From assembly GCA_902385255.1 (NCBI GenBank), contig CABMEV010000010.1:64114-128113 (forward strand): a DNA stretch of 64,000 nucleotides. The letters run 5' to 3'. Numbering within the stretch: position 1 is the stretch's first letter; the number at the start of each line of letters is the position of its first letter. A program made the translations under genes and the position numbers. Of the stretch, positions 19,796 to 28,227 are shown one piece after another. The DNA comes from Candidatus Tiddalikarchaeum anstoanum. Lineage in GTDB: Archaea; Nanobdellota; Nanobdellia; Tiddalikarchaeales; Tiddalikarchaeaceae. The notes below the pieces were generated by a model. The model saw only the letters and a program-made list of their open reading frames with translations, made no database searches and was not told the origin of the DNA.

Positions 19796-20287
19796 ATGCA
19801 AGAGGGTCTTGAAACATTAATACAATTGCTGCCGAAGGATTTTGACGGCAAAAAGTACAAGGTAAAAGACACATTATTTCGCAAAAGATTAGAGGTTAAT
19901 ATAGAAAGATATGAAAATGCTATTGCTGCGTTTTGGTATGATTGGTCAACGTTTAAAGAATCTTCAAAGAGTGATAAGATATTCTATGACAACGTAGGCA
20001 AGCGCGCTTCTGCCGAGTGGATTTGGGACCTTCCTAATAAGATTGCAGATTTCACAAGCACTTACACGTTTATGGTTAATACTAGATTCACTATTTCGAA
20101 ACCAGAAGGCAATTTAAATTATTTCATAGTCAAGCCAGAGAATTCAGTGTACGAATCTCTTTTTGGAATATTCAAGATAGACCCTGTCGTTTTCTTATGC
20201 TTTGATGATAAAGACTTAAAAAGTATTCTTGAAAAAATAAAAATTCCAGAGAAAAAATTAGAACAAATTAATACAATGTATCAATAA
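19796..20287 (+). CDS. Hypothetical protein
   Basis: 163-aa ORF with a TATA-like element at 19763-19772. No motif recognised. Confidence 0.45.
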   Translation: MQEGLETLIQLLPKDFDGKKYKVKDTLFRKRLEVNIERYENAIAAFWYDWSTFKESSKSDKIFYDNVGKRASAEWIWDLPNKIADFTSTYTFMVNTRFTISKPEGNLNYFIVKPENSVYESLFGIFKIDPVVFLCFDDKDLKSILEKIKIPEKKLEQINTMYQ

Positions 20288-20295
20288 AAAAATAT

Positions 20296-21543
20296 TTACC
20301 AGCATATCCCATCATAGACTGCAGCTGCTGTTTTTATTTTCCTTCCCGCTATTACTATCTTACCTTTGTACAAATCTTCTTTTTTGAACTCGTCCCAGTC
20401 TGTTATTATCAAAACAGCATCGCTCTCATCCACTGCTTCTTTTGCGCTTTTTGCAAAATTTACTTTGCCATCGAATATTTTCTTTGCATTCTCCATCGCT
20501 TTCGGATCGTATGCGACTACTTTGGCGCCTAACTGCAGCAACTCGTTGATTATGGTTATGCTTGGAGATTCCCTCATATCATCAGTTCCTTTTTTGAAAG
20601 CAAGCCCCAATATGCAGATTTTTCTGCCTTTAGGGTTTATGTGGTTCTTTAACAGCGCGATTATCTTTGAAGGCTGTTTTCTATTGACTTCCATCACGCT
20701 TTTTAACAAAGTCATAGGCTCTCCTGTTTCTTCGCCTTTTTTAATTAATGCTTTGACATCTTTCGGGAAACAACTGCCCCCAAATCCGCACCCTGCATCC
20801 AAAAAGCTTCTGCATATTCGTTTATCCATGCCTACAGCATCCATGACATCATAGACGTCTATCCCTATTTTTTTGCATACGTTGCCTACTTCGTTTGCGA
20901 AGCTTATCTTTGTTGCAAGCAGGCTGTTGTTTGAGTATTTTATCATCTCTGCAGTTGTGGGATTCGTTACGAATATCTTTTGAGGAAAACCTTTGTATAA
21001 TAATCTCATCTTCTCCTCAGTTTTTGAGTCAATGACGCCGAGAACCACCCTGTCCCCTTCGAGGAAGTCCTTGATTGCAGTCCCCTCCTTTAAGAATTCA
21101 GGATTCATAGAGAGCCCGAAAGCTTTGCCGCTTTTGTCAAGTATCGGCTTCACTATATTCATGGTTGTTCCAGGAACCACGGTGCTCTTTACAACAACCA
21201 CTTTATAATCATTCAAGTTCTCGCTTATCGTTTTTGCAGCGCTCTTGATATAATCAAGATTGATGCTTCCGTCATCGCTGCTGGGAGTGCCGACGCATAT
21301 GAATACTATTTCGCTTTTTGTTATTCCTTCCTTGGAATTAGTTGTAGCTTTCAACGAGCTTTTCTTAATCATGCTCTGCAATAATTCCTTCATGCCTTCC
21401 TCGTATATTGGAGGTTCTCCGCTGTTAATCATGTCTACTTTTTTATTGTCAATGTCAATGCAGGTCACAACATGGCCCATCTTTGCAAAACAAACGCTTG
21501 TTGTTAATCCAACATAACCGCTTCCAACTACTGCGATTTTCAT
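20296..21543 (-). CDS. UDP-glucose/GDP-mannose-family nucleotide-sugar 6-dehydrogenase
   Basis: 415 aa. N-terminal Rossmann MKIAVVGSGYVGLTT, catalytic GFGGSCFPKD. Confidence 0.9.
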   Translation of the reverse strand: MKIAVVGSGYVGLTTSVCFAKMGHVVTCIDIDNKKVDMINSGEPPIYEEGMKELLQSMIKKSSLKATTNSKEGITKSEIVFICVGTPSSDDGSINLDYIKSAAKTISENLNDYKVVVVKSTVVPGTTMNIVKPILDKSGKAFGLSMNPEFLKEGTAIKDFLEGDRVVLGVIDSKTEEKMRLLYKGFPQKIFVTNPTTAEMIKYSNNSLLATKISFANEVGNVCKKIGIDVYDVMDAVGMDKRICRSFLDAGCGFGGSCFPKDVKALIKKGEETGEPMTLLKSVMEVNRKQPSKIIALLKNHINPKGRKICILGLAFKKGTDDMRESPSITIINELLQLGAKVVAYDPKAMENAKKIFDGKVNFAKSAKEAVDESDAVLIITDWDEFKKEDLYKGKIVIAGRKIKTAAAVYDGICW

Positions 21544-21586
21544 AATGAAATAGAATGAATGCCTTTAAGTTTTATAAATATTTTTT

Positions 21587-22465
21587 TTACAGCGTCGTAA
21601 TTATAGGCTTGTCTTTTACAAGTATTGTATGCTCAAACTGGCTTACTACTCCGTTCATCTCTTCCTTAAGAAGAGGGTAAGACCTGAGTGCACCATTGTT
21701 TTTCAGCTCCTTCAGTCCTAACTTAACATCTACTTGGCTGAATTTTTTATATAATGCCCTTTCGGCAAAAGGAAGAGTATTAAAGTTTTCTTTGATGAAT
21801 GTTAAGATTTTTTTGCCGCTTTCAGTCCTTACTGGTTTTACGCTGACTAATGCATGTATCTTTTCCATACTGCTGTTTATTACATAGCCTTTTCCCGTAG
21901 TGGCAAAGGGTTCTACTGCAATCATGTCGCCGTCTTTCAAAGTGTTCTTGTTGCCGTTGTCAAAGTTAGGTATGAACAGCCCCGAGTGAAGGTCATATTT
22001 TCCAACACCATGGCCCCCAAGATTAGTTATCGGATTGAATCCAAAAGACCTTATAGTATCATTAATAACTCTGCCAACCTGGCACAGTTTGACCCCTGGC
22101 TTTATCACTTTCATCGCTTCCCAGAAAGCCTTCTCGCTAGCTTTTATCAATTCCTTATACACAGCAGTCCCAATCTCTACAGTGAATGCGGTATCTCCTA
22201 CGTAGCCGTTTATCTGAGCCCCCAAGTCCAGCTTGACAACCTGGCCCTTCTGGAATACTTTATCATCTTTGAAATTAGGCGTATCATGGGCTGCGAACTC
22301 GTTAAAGCTGATATTCAGCGGAAACGCTAATTTTCCCCCAAATTCCACTATTTTAGCCTCAACATCTTCCGCGAAATCATAAATGTTTAATCCCTCTTTT
22401 ATTATACTTTTGGCATATTCCCTGGCTTTTCCTGTTATTCTACCTGCTTCTATGAAATCATCCAT
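21587..22465 (-). CDS. map: Methionine aminopeptidase, type 2 (archaeal)
   Basis: FAAHDTP, GHGVGKYDLHSG, AVEPFATTG. The track ORF starts at 22477 (MCINM...). The M at 22465 (MDDFIEAGRITGKARE) is the more likely start. Confidence 0.9.
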   Translation of the reverse strand: MDDFIEAGRITGKAREYAKSIIKEGLNIYDFAEDVEAKIVEFGGKLAFPLNISFNEFAAHDTPNFKDDKVFQKGQVVKLDLGAQINGYVGDTAFTVEIGTAVYKELIKASEKAFWEAMKVIKPGVKLCQVGRVINDTIRSFGFNPITNLGGHGVGKYDLHSGLFIPNFDNGNKNTLKDGDMIAVEPFATTGKGYVINSSMEKIHALVSVKPVRTESGKKILTFIKENFNTLPFAERALYKKFSQVDVKLGLKELKNNGALRSYPLLKEEMNGVVSQFEHTILVKDKPIITTL

Positions 22466-22529
22466 ATTAATACACAAAAACGTGTTAGTATAAAAATTTT
22501 TAAACTATCATACTTTTAGTGGATGAACT

Positions 22530-23684
22530 ATGGCAAAAAGAAAACATGCTAAATTAAAGCCTGAAAAGAAGGAACCTGAAAAGAAAAAAATAGTAGAAGA
22601 CGGTGCCAATTTGGAAAACCTAATACCTATAGACTGGAAAATACCAGTTTCTTTCTTAGCTGGTGTTGTGTTAACAATACTTTACTTTACACTATTCACG
22701 GGCACTTCAGGAACATCAAATACTAATACGGGCGGGAATACACTGCCTGGAAATACAGTACTATCTGATGCGCATGTTAACCTTATAGTGTTGACAGATA
22801 ATGCGTGTACAGTTTGTGATTACAGCTGGATACCAATCAGAGTTAGAATGGACTATTCAAATGTAACGATAAGTTATGTTGATGTAAGTTCAACGCAGGG
22901 ACAAAGTTACGTTAGCTCTCTTGGGATAACCAGTGTTCCAACAGCATTCTTTGACAGCTCAGTTGTGAACGCAGCAAACTTTTCAACTTATACACAGAAT
23001 AATTGGTTAATACCATCAGGAACGTATTACTTACTGAACATACAGGGAGAGAAGGATTTAACAAGAACGCCTTCAGCAACTCCAAAAATAGACTTGTTCG
23101 TAATGAGCCATTGCCCTTATGGAACAGCAGCAGAGACAACTATGAATAATATGTTAAATACAGTATCAGGATTTGACTTTAATGTACACTTCATAGGAAC
23201 AGTGTATAATGAGAGCGACGTACCTGCTAACGTGCTTTCAAACCTTGACCAGTACGGATTGATAAGAAAGAACGACTCAAAATATTATTCAACACTGCAT
23301 GGTACAACTGAACTCGACGGAGACATAGCTCAACTTTGCGCAATGAAATACTATCCTGCAACTTGGTGGAACTTCACACTCGCATACAATACAGCTAATT
23401 TCAACTTAGCAAGCGCGATAGCAACACTTGGTTACAATTCATCATTAATAATGAATTGTGTTAACTCACCTGAAGGATGGAACTTATTCGCAGAAGATGT
23501 GCAAATAGCTGAAGAGTTAGGTATCAGTTCAAGCCCAACTTACATGTTTGACAACACCATAAGACCGCAGCAATCAATACAAACTTATGGACCAGCAGGA
23601 GTACTATGTACGCTGCACTCAACATTAAACGGTTGTGCTAATATAGACCAGATACAGACAGCAACAGCAACTGGAAGCTGCTAA
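22530..23684 (+). CDS. Secreted or membrane-anchored Cys/Thr/Asn-rich protein with multiple N-glycosylation sequons (candidate glycoprotein)
   Basis: 384 aa. Lys-rich N-terminus then one TM (PVSFLAGVVLTILYFTLF). Six N-x-S/T sequons (NVT, NFS, NES, NDS, NFT, NSS) and about 10 Cys. Confidence 0.6.
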   Translation: MAKRKHAKLKPEKKEPEKKKIVEDGANLENLIPIDWKIPVSFLAGVVLTILYFTLFTGTSGTSNTNTGGNTLPGNTVLSDAHVNLIVLTDNACTVCDYSWIPIRVRMDYSNVTISYVDVSSTQGQSYVSSLGITSVPTAFFDSSVVNAANFSTYTQNNWLIPSGTYYLLNIQGEKDLTRTPSATPKIDLFVMSHCPYGTAAETTMNNMLNTVSGFDFNVHFIGTVYNESDVPANVLSNLDQYGLIRKNDSKYYSTLHGTTELDGDIAQLCAMKYYPATWWNFTLAYNTANFNLASAIATLGYNSSLIMNCVNSPEGWNLFAEDVQIAEELGISSSPTYMFDNTIRPQQSIQTYGPAGVLCTLHSTLNGCANIDQIQTATATGSC

Positions 23685-23693
23685 AACAGCCTC

Positions 23694-23711
23694 TATTTTT
23701 TATTTTTTTTT
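23694..23711 (+). terminator. Oligo-T terminator (T5 + T9)
   Basis: ctctatttttTATTTTTTTTT directly after the TAA at 23682-23684. Confidence 0.55.
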
Positions 23712-24335
23712 ATGAGTTTAAACATAATTTTCAGCTTTATTTCAGAATTAAACGTTATAAAATATACTATATCAAAGACTGACAGGTACATCAAACTTGG
23801 TTATAAATATTCTTTGCCAAAAGATGTGGCTGAATTTTCAAGCATTACGGATATATCAAAATCATTAAAAAATGAGTATAATGAAGCTGAGTATGAAAAT
23901 GTAAAAAAAAGCCTTGAAAGCGACTATTCCAAAATAGAACACAAATTTATCGAGTCATTAACCAAAGTATTCGGTGATAAAATCCCTCGTGATTTTGATG
24001 TCGTGTTAACAAAGTATGGCGTCGTCGGCGCTTTCAATCCCCCGAACAAGGTTACTATAAACTTTACAAATACCTGCCATTCGCCTATCAATATATTAGT
24101 GCATGAGATCCTTCACTTAATCATTGAGCCTTTTGTCATAATGTATAATATAAATCAGATGAGGAAAGAGCGCACAGTTGATTTATTATTAAACAGCGGC
24201 GAGTTTAACATGTTGGGGTTTAACAGCTGGCAGAGTAATTATAACGGCGCTGAAAAAGTTGTTGATGAACTGTTCAAAAACGATTTTTTTGCGTCGCCTG
24301 AACAATTTTTTAAAAAATTAAGCAAAATAAAATAA
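23712..24335 (+). CDS. Hypothetical protein with an HExxH motif (possible small zinc metallopeptidase)
   Basis: 207 aa. ...SPINILVHEILHLIIEPF... with a downstream Glu (KERT) as a candidate third ligand. Motif-only call. Confidence 0.4.
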   Translation: MSLNIIFSFISELNVIKYTISKTDRYIKLGYKYSLPKDVAEFSSITDISKSLKNEYNEAEYENVKKSLESDYSKIEHKFIESLTKVFGDKIPRDFDVVLTKYGVVGAFNPPNKVTINFTNTCHSPINILVHEILHLIIEPFVIMYNINQMRKERTVDLLLNSGEFNMLGFNSWQSNYNGAEKVVDELFKNDFFASPEQFFKKLSKIK

Positions 24336-24350
24336 AAAGAAGCCTGGAGT

Positions 24351-24360
24351 TTTTTTTATT
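24351..24360 (+). terminator. Oligo-T tract (T7) after the 207-aa gene
   Basis: gagTTTTTTTatt 16 nt after the stop at 24335. Confidence 0.4.
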
Positions 24361-25285
24361 CTGTCTCTCCGAGGAGTTTTGGTATTATCTGCTTCTTCCT
24401 GCTCATGACGCCTTTCATGTACACGCTTCCGTCTTTAAGTTTGACATTGAATGTCTTCTCGAACAAATCGGTTTTTCCCATTGCGTAAACCTGGCTGGAC
24501 TCTTCATTTAAGTCTGTAATCATGGCGATGAATATGTCATACTTCTTTTCCTTGATGAATTTTGCAATATCATCCTTCATTGCTTTGTCATTCTTTTTCA
24601 TGAACTCCTTCAAGTCCATGAGTTTGAACTGGGAAACACCCATCTTTAAATTATTAGGGGCAGGTATGTCATAATCCTTCAAGTCTTCGGTTATTATTTC
24701 CCTCATATTCTTCTTGTCGAACTTGCTCTTTATCTTGAACATCTCGGTTCCTATCTTTTGAATATCTAATCCGCTTGTCTTTGCCAGCTCGTCGCCGATG
24801 TCCTTATCAAGTTTTGTCGTCGCAGGCGACTTAAACATATCAGTGTCGCTTATTATTCCAGTAAGTATCAGGCTTGCAATATTCTTCGGAATCTGCACGT
24901 TATGACTCTTAAAATATGTGGCAATAATAGTTGATGTCGCGCCAACAGGTTCAGAGTGGTAATGTATGGGCTTATTTGTCCTAATGTCGCTGATGTTATG
25001 ATGGTCTATCACTTCAACAAGGTCTGCTTTGTCAAAATCAGGCACCATTTGCGCGATACAGCAGTGGTCAACAAGTGCTACGTGTTTCTGCGCCAGACTG
25101 TTTAACACTTGCGGTGTTGCGAACCCGAACCTTTTAAGAATGAATTCAGTTTCGTCGTCTACTTTTCCGGATACTGCAGGAGTCCATTCTTTTTCGCCAA
25201 TCTTTTCCTTGAAAAAAGCAAGTGCTATAGAACTCGCAACACTATCCAAATCAGGGTTTTTATGTCCAATAACGTATGTTACCAT
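24356..25285 (-). CDS. ppaC: Family II (Mn-dependent, DHH-DHHA2) inorganic pyrophosphatase
   Basis: 309 aa. MVTYVIGHKNPDLDSVASSIALA (DHH motif I), VDHCC, DHHN, and DHHA2-like ILTGIISDTDMFKSPATT. The size is typical of PpaC. Confidence 0.75.
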   Translation of the reverse strand: MVTYVIGHKNPDLDSVASSIALAFFKEKIGEKEWTPAVSGKVDDETEFILKRFGFATPQVLNSLAQKHVALVDHCCIAQMVPDFDKADLVEVIDHHNISDIRTNKPIHYHSEPVGATSTIIATYFKSHNVQIPKNIASLILTGIISDTDMFKSPATTKLDKDIGDELAKTSGLDIQKIGTEMFKIKSKFDKKNMREIITEDLKDYDIPAPNNLKMGVSQFKLMDLKEFMKKNDKAMKDDIAKFIKEKKYDIFIAMITDLNEESSQVYAMGKTDLFEKTFNVKLKDGSVYMKGVMSRKKQIIPKLLGETE

Positions 25286-25345
25286 AGTAGAACTGTAAGT
25301 AAAAAAGATTTAAAAAAACTTTTGGATTAATATAAATATACAAAA

Positions 25346-25978
25346 ATGAATGCTGACAAGGAGAAGCTGTTAAAATATTGGAAGAAAGACAAGATAGTGA
25401 AAGATGCAAAAATCTTGAAAGCCCTAACTGATGTTAAAAGGGAGGAGTTCATACCTGATTATCAGAAAAAATTCGCTTACGATGACATACCTCTTCACAT
25501 AGGAGAAGGGCAGACTATTTCCCAGCCGACGACAGTTGCGATAATGACTCAGGCATTAAGCCCAAAATTAGGCGAGAAGATATTAGAGGTAGGTACTGGG
25601 AGCGGCTACCAGTCTGCAATATTATCAAAAATTATAGGCCCTAAAGGAAAAATAATCACAATCGAGTATTTGAAGGAGCTTTACTTATTTGCAAAAAAAA
25701 ACCTTAAAGATTTCAAAAACGTATCAGTCCTGCACGGCGACGGAAGCAAGGGTTATCCGAAAGAGGCGCCGTTTGACAAGATAATAGTCACTGCAGCGGC
25801 AAGTTCCATTCCAAAACAATTATTAGGTCAGTTGAAAACAGGGGGCGTTCTCGTAATACCTGTCGGGGATTTCATACAAGAGATGCAGAAGATAACAAAA
25901 ACTAAAGAAGGACTGAAGAAGGAGAAACTTGGAGAGTTCAGGTTTGTGCCATTAGTCCTTGAAGATGATGGAAAGTAG
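25346..25978 (+). CDS. pcm: Protein-L-isoaspartate O-methyltransferase
   Basis: 210 aa. ILEVGTGSGYQSAILSKI SAM motif I and the typical Pcm layout (HIGEGQTISQP). Confidence 0.9.
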   Translation: MNADKEKLLKYWKKDKIVKDAKILKALTDVKREEFIPDYQKKFAYDDIPLHIGEGQTISQPTTVAIMTQALSPKLGEKILEVGTGSGYQSAILSKIIGPKGKIITIEYLKELYLFAKKNLKDFKNVSVLHGDGSKGYPKEAPFDKIIVTAAASSIPKQLLGQLKTGGVLVIPVGDFIQEMQKITKTKEGLKKEKLGEFRFVPLVLEDDGK

Positions 25979-26245
25979 GAAATAGATTGGAATCCCTATA
26001 ATGAAAACAATCAGTATTAACAATAATATTCTTATGGTGTTAGAGTCAAGCCCGGTAATCTTGCTGACCCTGTCTGAAATCCTAAGAAGCTCATCAGTGG
26101 TCTCGACATCCCTTTTTATTTTCAGAACTGTTGGTTTAACCTGTTTGACTAATTTTTTCTTCTTTAATATTTTTACCTTGGATTGTCTGCTTATTGTTTT
26201 CTTTGAAGGAACTTTCTCCACAGGTTCAGCGATTTCATCAGCCAT
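25952..26245 (-). CDS. Possible small tail-anchored membrane protein (uncertain whether real)
   Basis: 97 aa: Lys-rich N-terminal ~70 aa followed by a single C-terminal TM (ILLLILIVFIIGIPIYFLLSII). It overlaps the pcm 3' end by 27 nt on the opposite strand. Confidence 0.35.
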   Translation of the reverse strand: MADEIAEPVEKVPSKKTISRQSKVKILKKKKLVKQVKPTVLKIKRDVETTDELLRISDRVSKITGLDSNTIRILLLILIVFIIGIPIYFLLSIIFKD

Positions 26246-26266
26246 ATTAAAAACTAATTACGCCCT

Positions 26267-26278
26267 TATTTAAAAAAT
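26267..26278 (+). promoter_or_regulatory. TATA-like element (TTATTTAAAAAA) about 30 nt upstream of the orc1/cdc6 ATG
   Basis: Seen in sequence. Confidence 0.45.
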
Positions 26279-26304
26279 CCGCTACATTACAGGAATACTT
26301 ATAA

Positions 26305-27399
26305 ATGATTAAAAATTCCTATATTGTTATGAGTCTTTTCAATGATATACTTGCTGCTGACCAGACCTTATTCAAGGATGATACCATCCTCGATTTCGAT
26401 TATATTCCTACAATAGTTTCAGGAAGGGATGATGAGATTAAAGGCATAGTTGAAAGCGTGAAGCCGTTATTCTTCGACAAGGCTCCTACAAACCTTTTCA
26501 TAACAGGGCTTCCCGGTATTGGAAAAACGTTAGCGTTAAAGTTCGTATTCAATGACTTAAAGCAGACAAGCAGTGATATCATCCCTTGTTATATTAACTG
26601 CTGGAAGAATTCAACGTATCACAGCGTTTTCGTGGAATTGTCAAAATTTTTCGGAGTGCCATACCCAAGCAAGGGTGTAAGCACTGACGAGATTATCAGG
26701 GGAATCACCAAGAAGATAGAGAACAAGAAAGGGATAGTTGTAGCATTTGATGAGATAGACAAGGCGCGCACAATGGATTTCTTATACCCTTTGATAGACG
26801 GCTTTGGAAGAAAGATATGCCTCCTACTAGTATCCAATTATAATAATTTCCTTTCAAAAGTTGATTCAAGATTGTTGTCAAGATTGAACATTGAGAACTT
26901 GGATTTCAAGCCTTACAACAGGCCGCAGTTTGAAAACATACTGAAAGAGAGAGTGGACTACGCTTTTTATCCTAACGTTTTCGAGAAGGATGCGTTTAAC
27001 ACTGTTGTTGACAAGGCATGCACCAAGAAAGATGTAAGACTTGGGATATCACTTTTATTGAAGAGCGGCAGACGCGCAGAGAGCGAATCATCCAAGAAAG
27101 TGAAGAAGGAGCATGTTGATTTCGCAATCAAGAATATTGAAGAGTCGCTCCAGAAAGACAGGATGAAAGACTTAGAGGACCATGAGAAGAAAATCTTGGA
27201 CTTGTTGAAAGGCGAGAACGGCATAATAACAGGCGACTTGTATGACAAGTTTGTAAAGACAGGCGAGAATATAAGCATGAGGACTTTCAGAAAGTATCTA
27301 AATCAGCTTGAACGCTCAGAATTCATAAACACTGAGGATACCGGTGCAGGATTTCGCGGAAAGAGCAGGAAGATTTACCTGAAAAACTATGGTAGTTGA
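26305..27399 (+). CDS. cdc6: Orc1/Cdc6 replication initiator paralogue (AAA+ plus winged helix)
   Basis: 364 aa. Walker A LFITGLPGIGKT, Walker B VVAFDEIDK, C-terminal winged-helix-like segment. Confidence 0.85.
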   Translation: MIKNSYIVMSLFNDILAADQTLFKDDTILDFDYIPTIVSGRDDEIKGIVESVKPLFFDKAPTNLFITGLPGIGKTLALKFVFNDLKQTSSDIIPCYINCWKNSTYHSVFVELSKFFGVPYPSKGVSTDEIIRGITKKIENKKGIVVAFDEIDKARTMDFLYPLIDGFGRKICLLLVSNYNNFLSKVDSRLLSRLNIENLDFKPYNRPQFENILKERVDYAFYPNVFEKDAFNTVVDKACTKKDVRLGISLLLKSGRRAESESSKKVKKEHVDFAIKNIEESLQKDRMKDLEDHEKKILDLLKGENGIITGDLYDKFVKTGENISMRTFRKYLNQLERSEFINTEDTGAGFRGKSRKIYLKNYGS

Positions 27400-28225
27400 A
27401 AGTTTCATATCAGCAGATGATGCAAGAAAGAACCCGTGGTACTTATTCTTTCTAGGGATGGTTTACGCAAGCATGGGAATACTGCTTGCCATGATAATAT
27501 TCCCGAACCAGGCCAGCTTGACAGCCGTATTCCTGACAACGCTTGCGACAGCGCCATTATTTGTGTCATTGCTGAAATCTGAAGAGGTAATACAGATAGA
27601 ACTCATAGAGCAGAGAAAACCATTATTGTTAAAACAGATAGATATTATCAGCGTATTCTTCTTCTTATTCCTCGGATTCACATTGGCATTCTCATTCTGG
27701 TTCACGTTCCTGCCTGACACAATGGTGGAATCTGTTTTTAACACGCAGGTTGCAGAATTGACTAATATTCAGGGCTTGACAACAGGCAACTTGTTCAACG
27801 AAGGCATTTTCACGCTGATACTGCAGAACAACCTCAGGGTTTTATTATTCATAATAATAATATCATTCATATACGGTGCAGGTTCGATACTGATACTTGC
27901 TTGGAATGCAAGCGTACTCGGCTCAGCTGTTGGATTATTCATCAAAGAACAGGTTGGCTCGTTAATGGGCACCGACTACTTGAACAATCTCGCACTTTAC
28001 TTCTCATCCCTCCCTGCAGGTCTTGGCCAGTACATGGTCCACGGCAGCTTCGAAATGGGTGCTTATTTCATAGGAAGCTTCGTTGGCGGCATAATCAGCG
28101 CAGCAGTCGTAAGAAAACAGTTTATAAATATTAATTTCTTAAAGTTTTTAAAAAACGTAACAGTTTTAATAACAATCGCTTTATTACTTTTAGTAATCGC
28201 GGCGTATATAGAAGTGAGTTTATAA
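27389..28225 (+). CDS. Polytopic membrane protein (about 7 TM; DUF95/SpoIIM-like?) directly upstream of aglB
   Basis: 278 aa, hydrophobic. Overlaps orc1 by 11 nt and is 2 nt from the aglB start. Confidence 0.4.
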   Translation: MVVESFISADDARKNPWYLFFLGMVYASMGILLAMIIFPNQASLTAVFLTTLATAPLFVSLLKSEEVIQIELIEQRKPLLLKQIDIISVFFFLFLGFTLAFSFWFTFLPDTMVESVFNTQVAELTNIQGLTTGNLFNEGIFTLILQNNLRVLLFIIIISFIYGAGSILILAWNASVLGSAVGLFIKEQVGSLMGTDYLNNLALYFSSLPAGLGQYMVHGSFEMGAYFIGSFVGGIISAAVVRKQFININFLKFLKNVTVLITIALLLLVIAAYIEVSL

Positions 28226-28227
28226 AA

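Noticed and set aside
25029-25330. ORFs 25029..25298 and 25109..25330 (+)
   Set aside because: They are antisense to the well-supported family II pyrophosphatase gene.
25979-26304. Possible replication-origin ORB elements upstream of orc1/cdc6
   Set aside because: I found no repeated ORB-like inverted repeats and no extended AT-rich unwinding element beyond background AT-richness. There is only a single CAGTGG.
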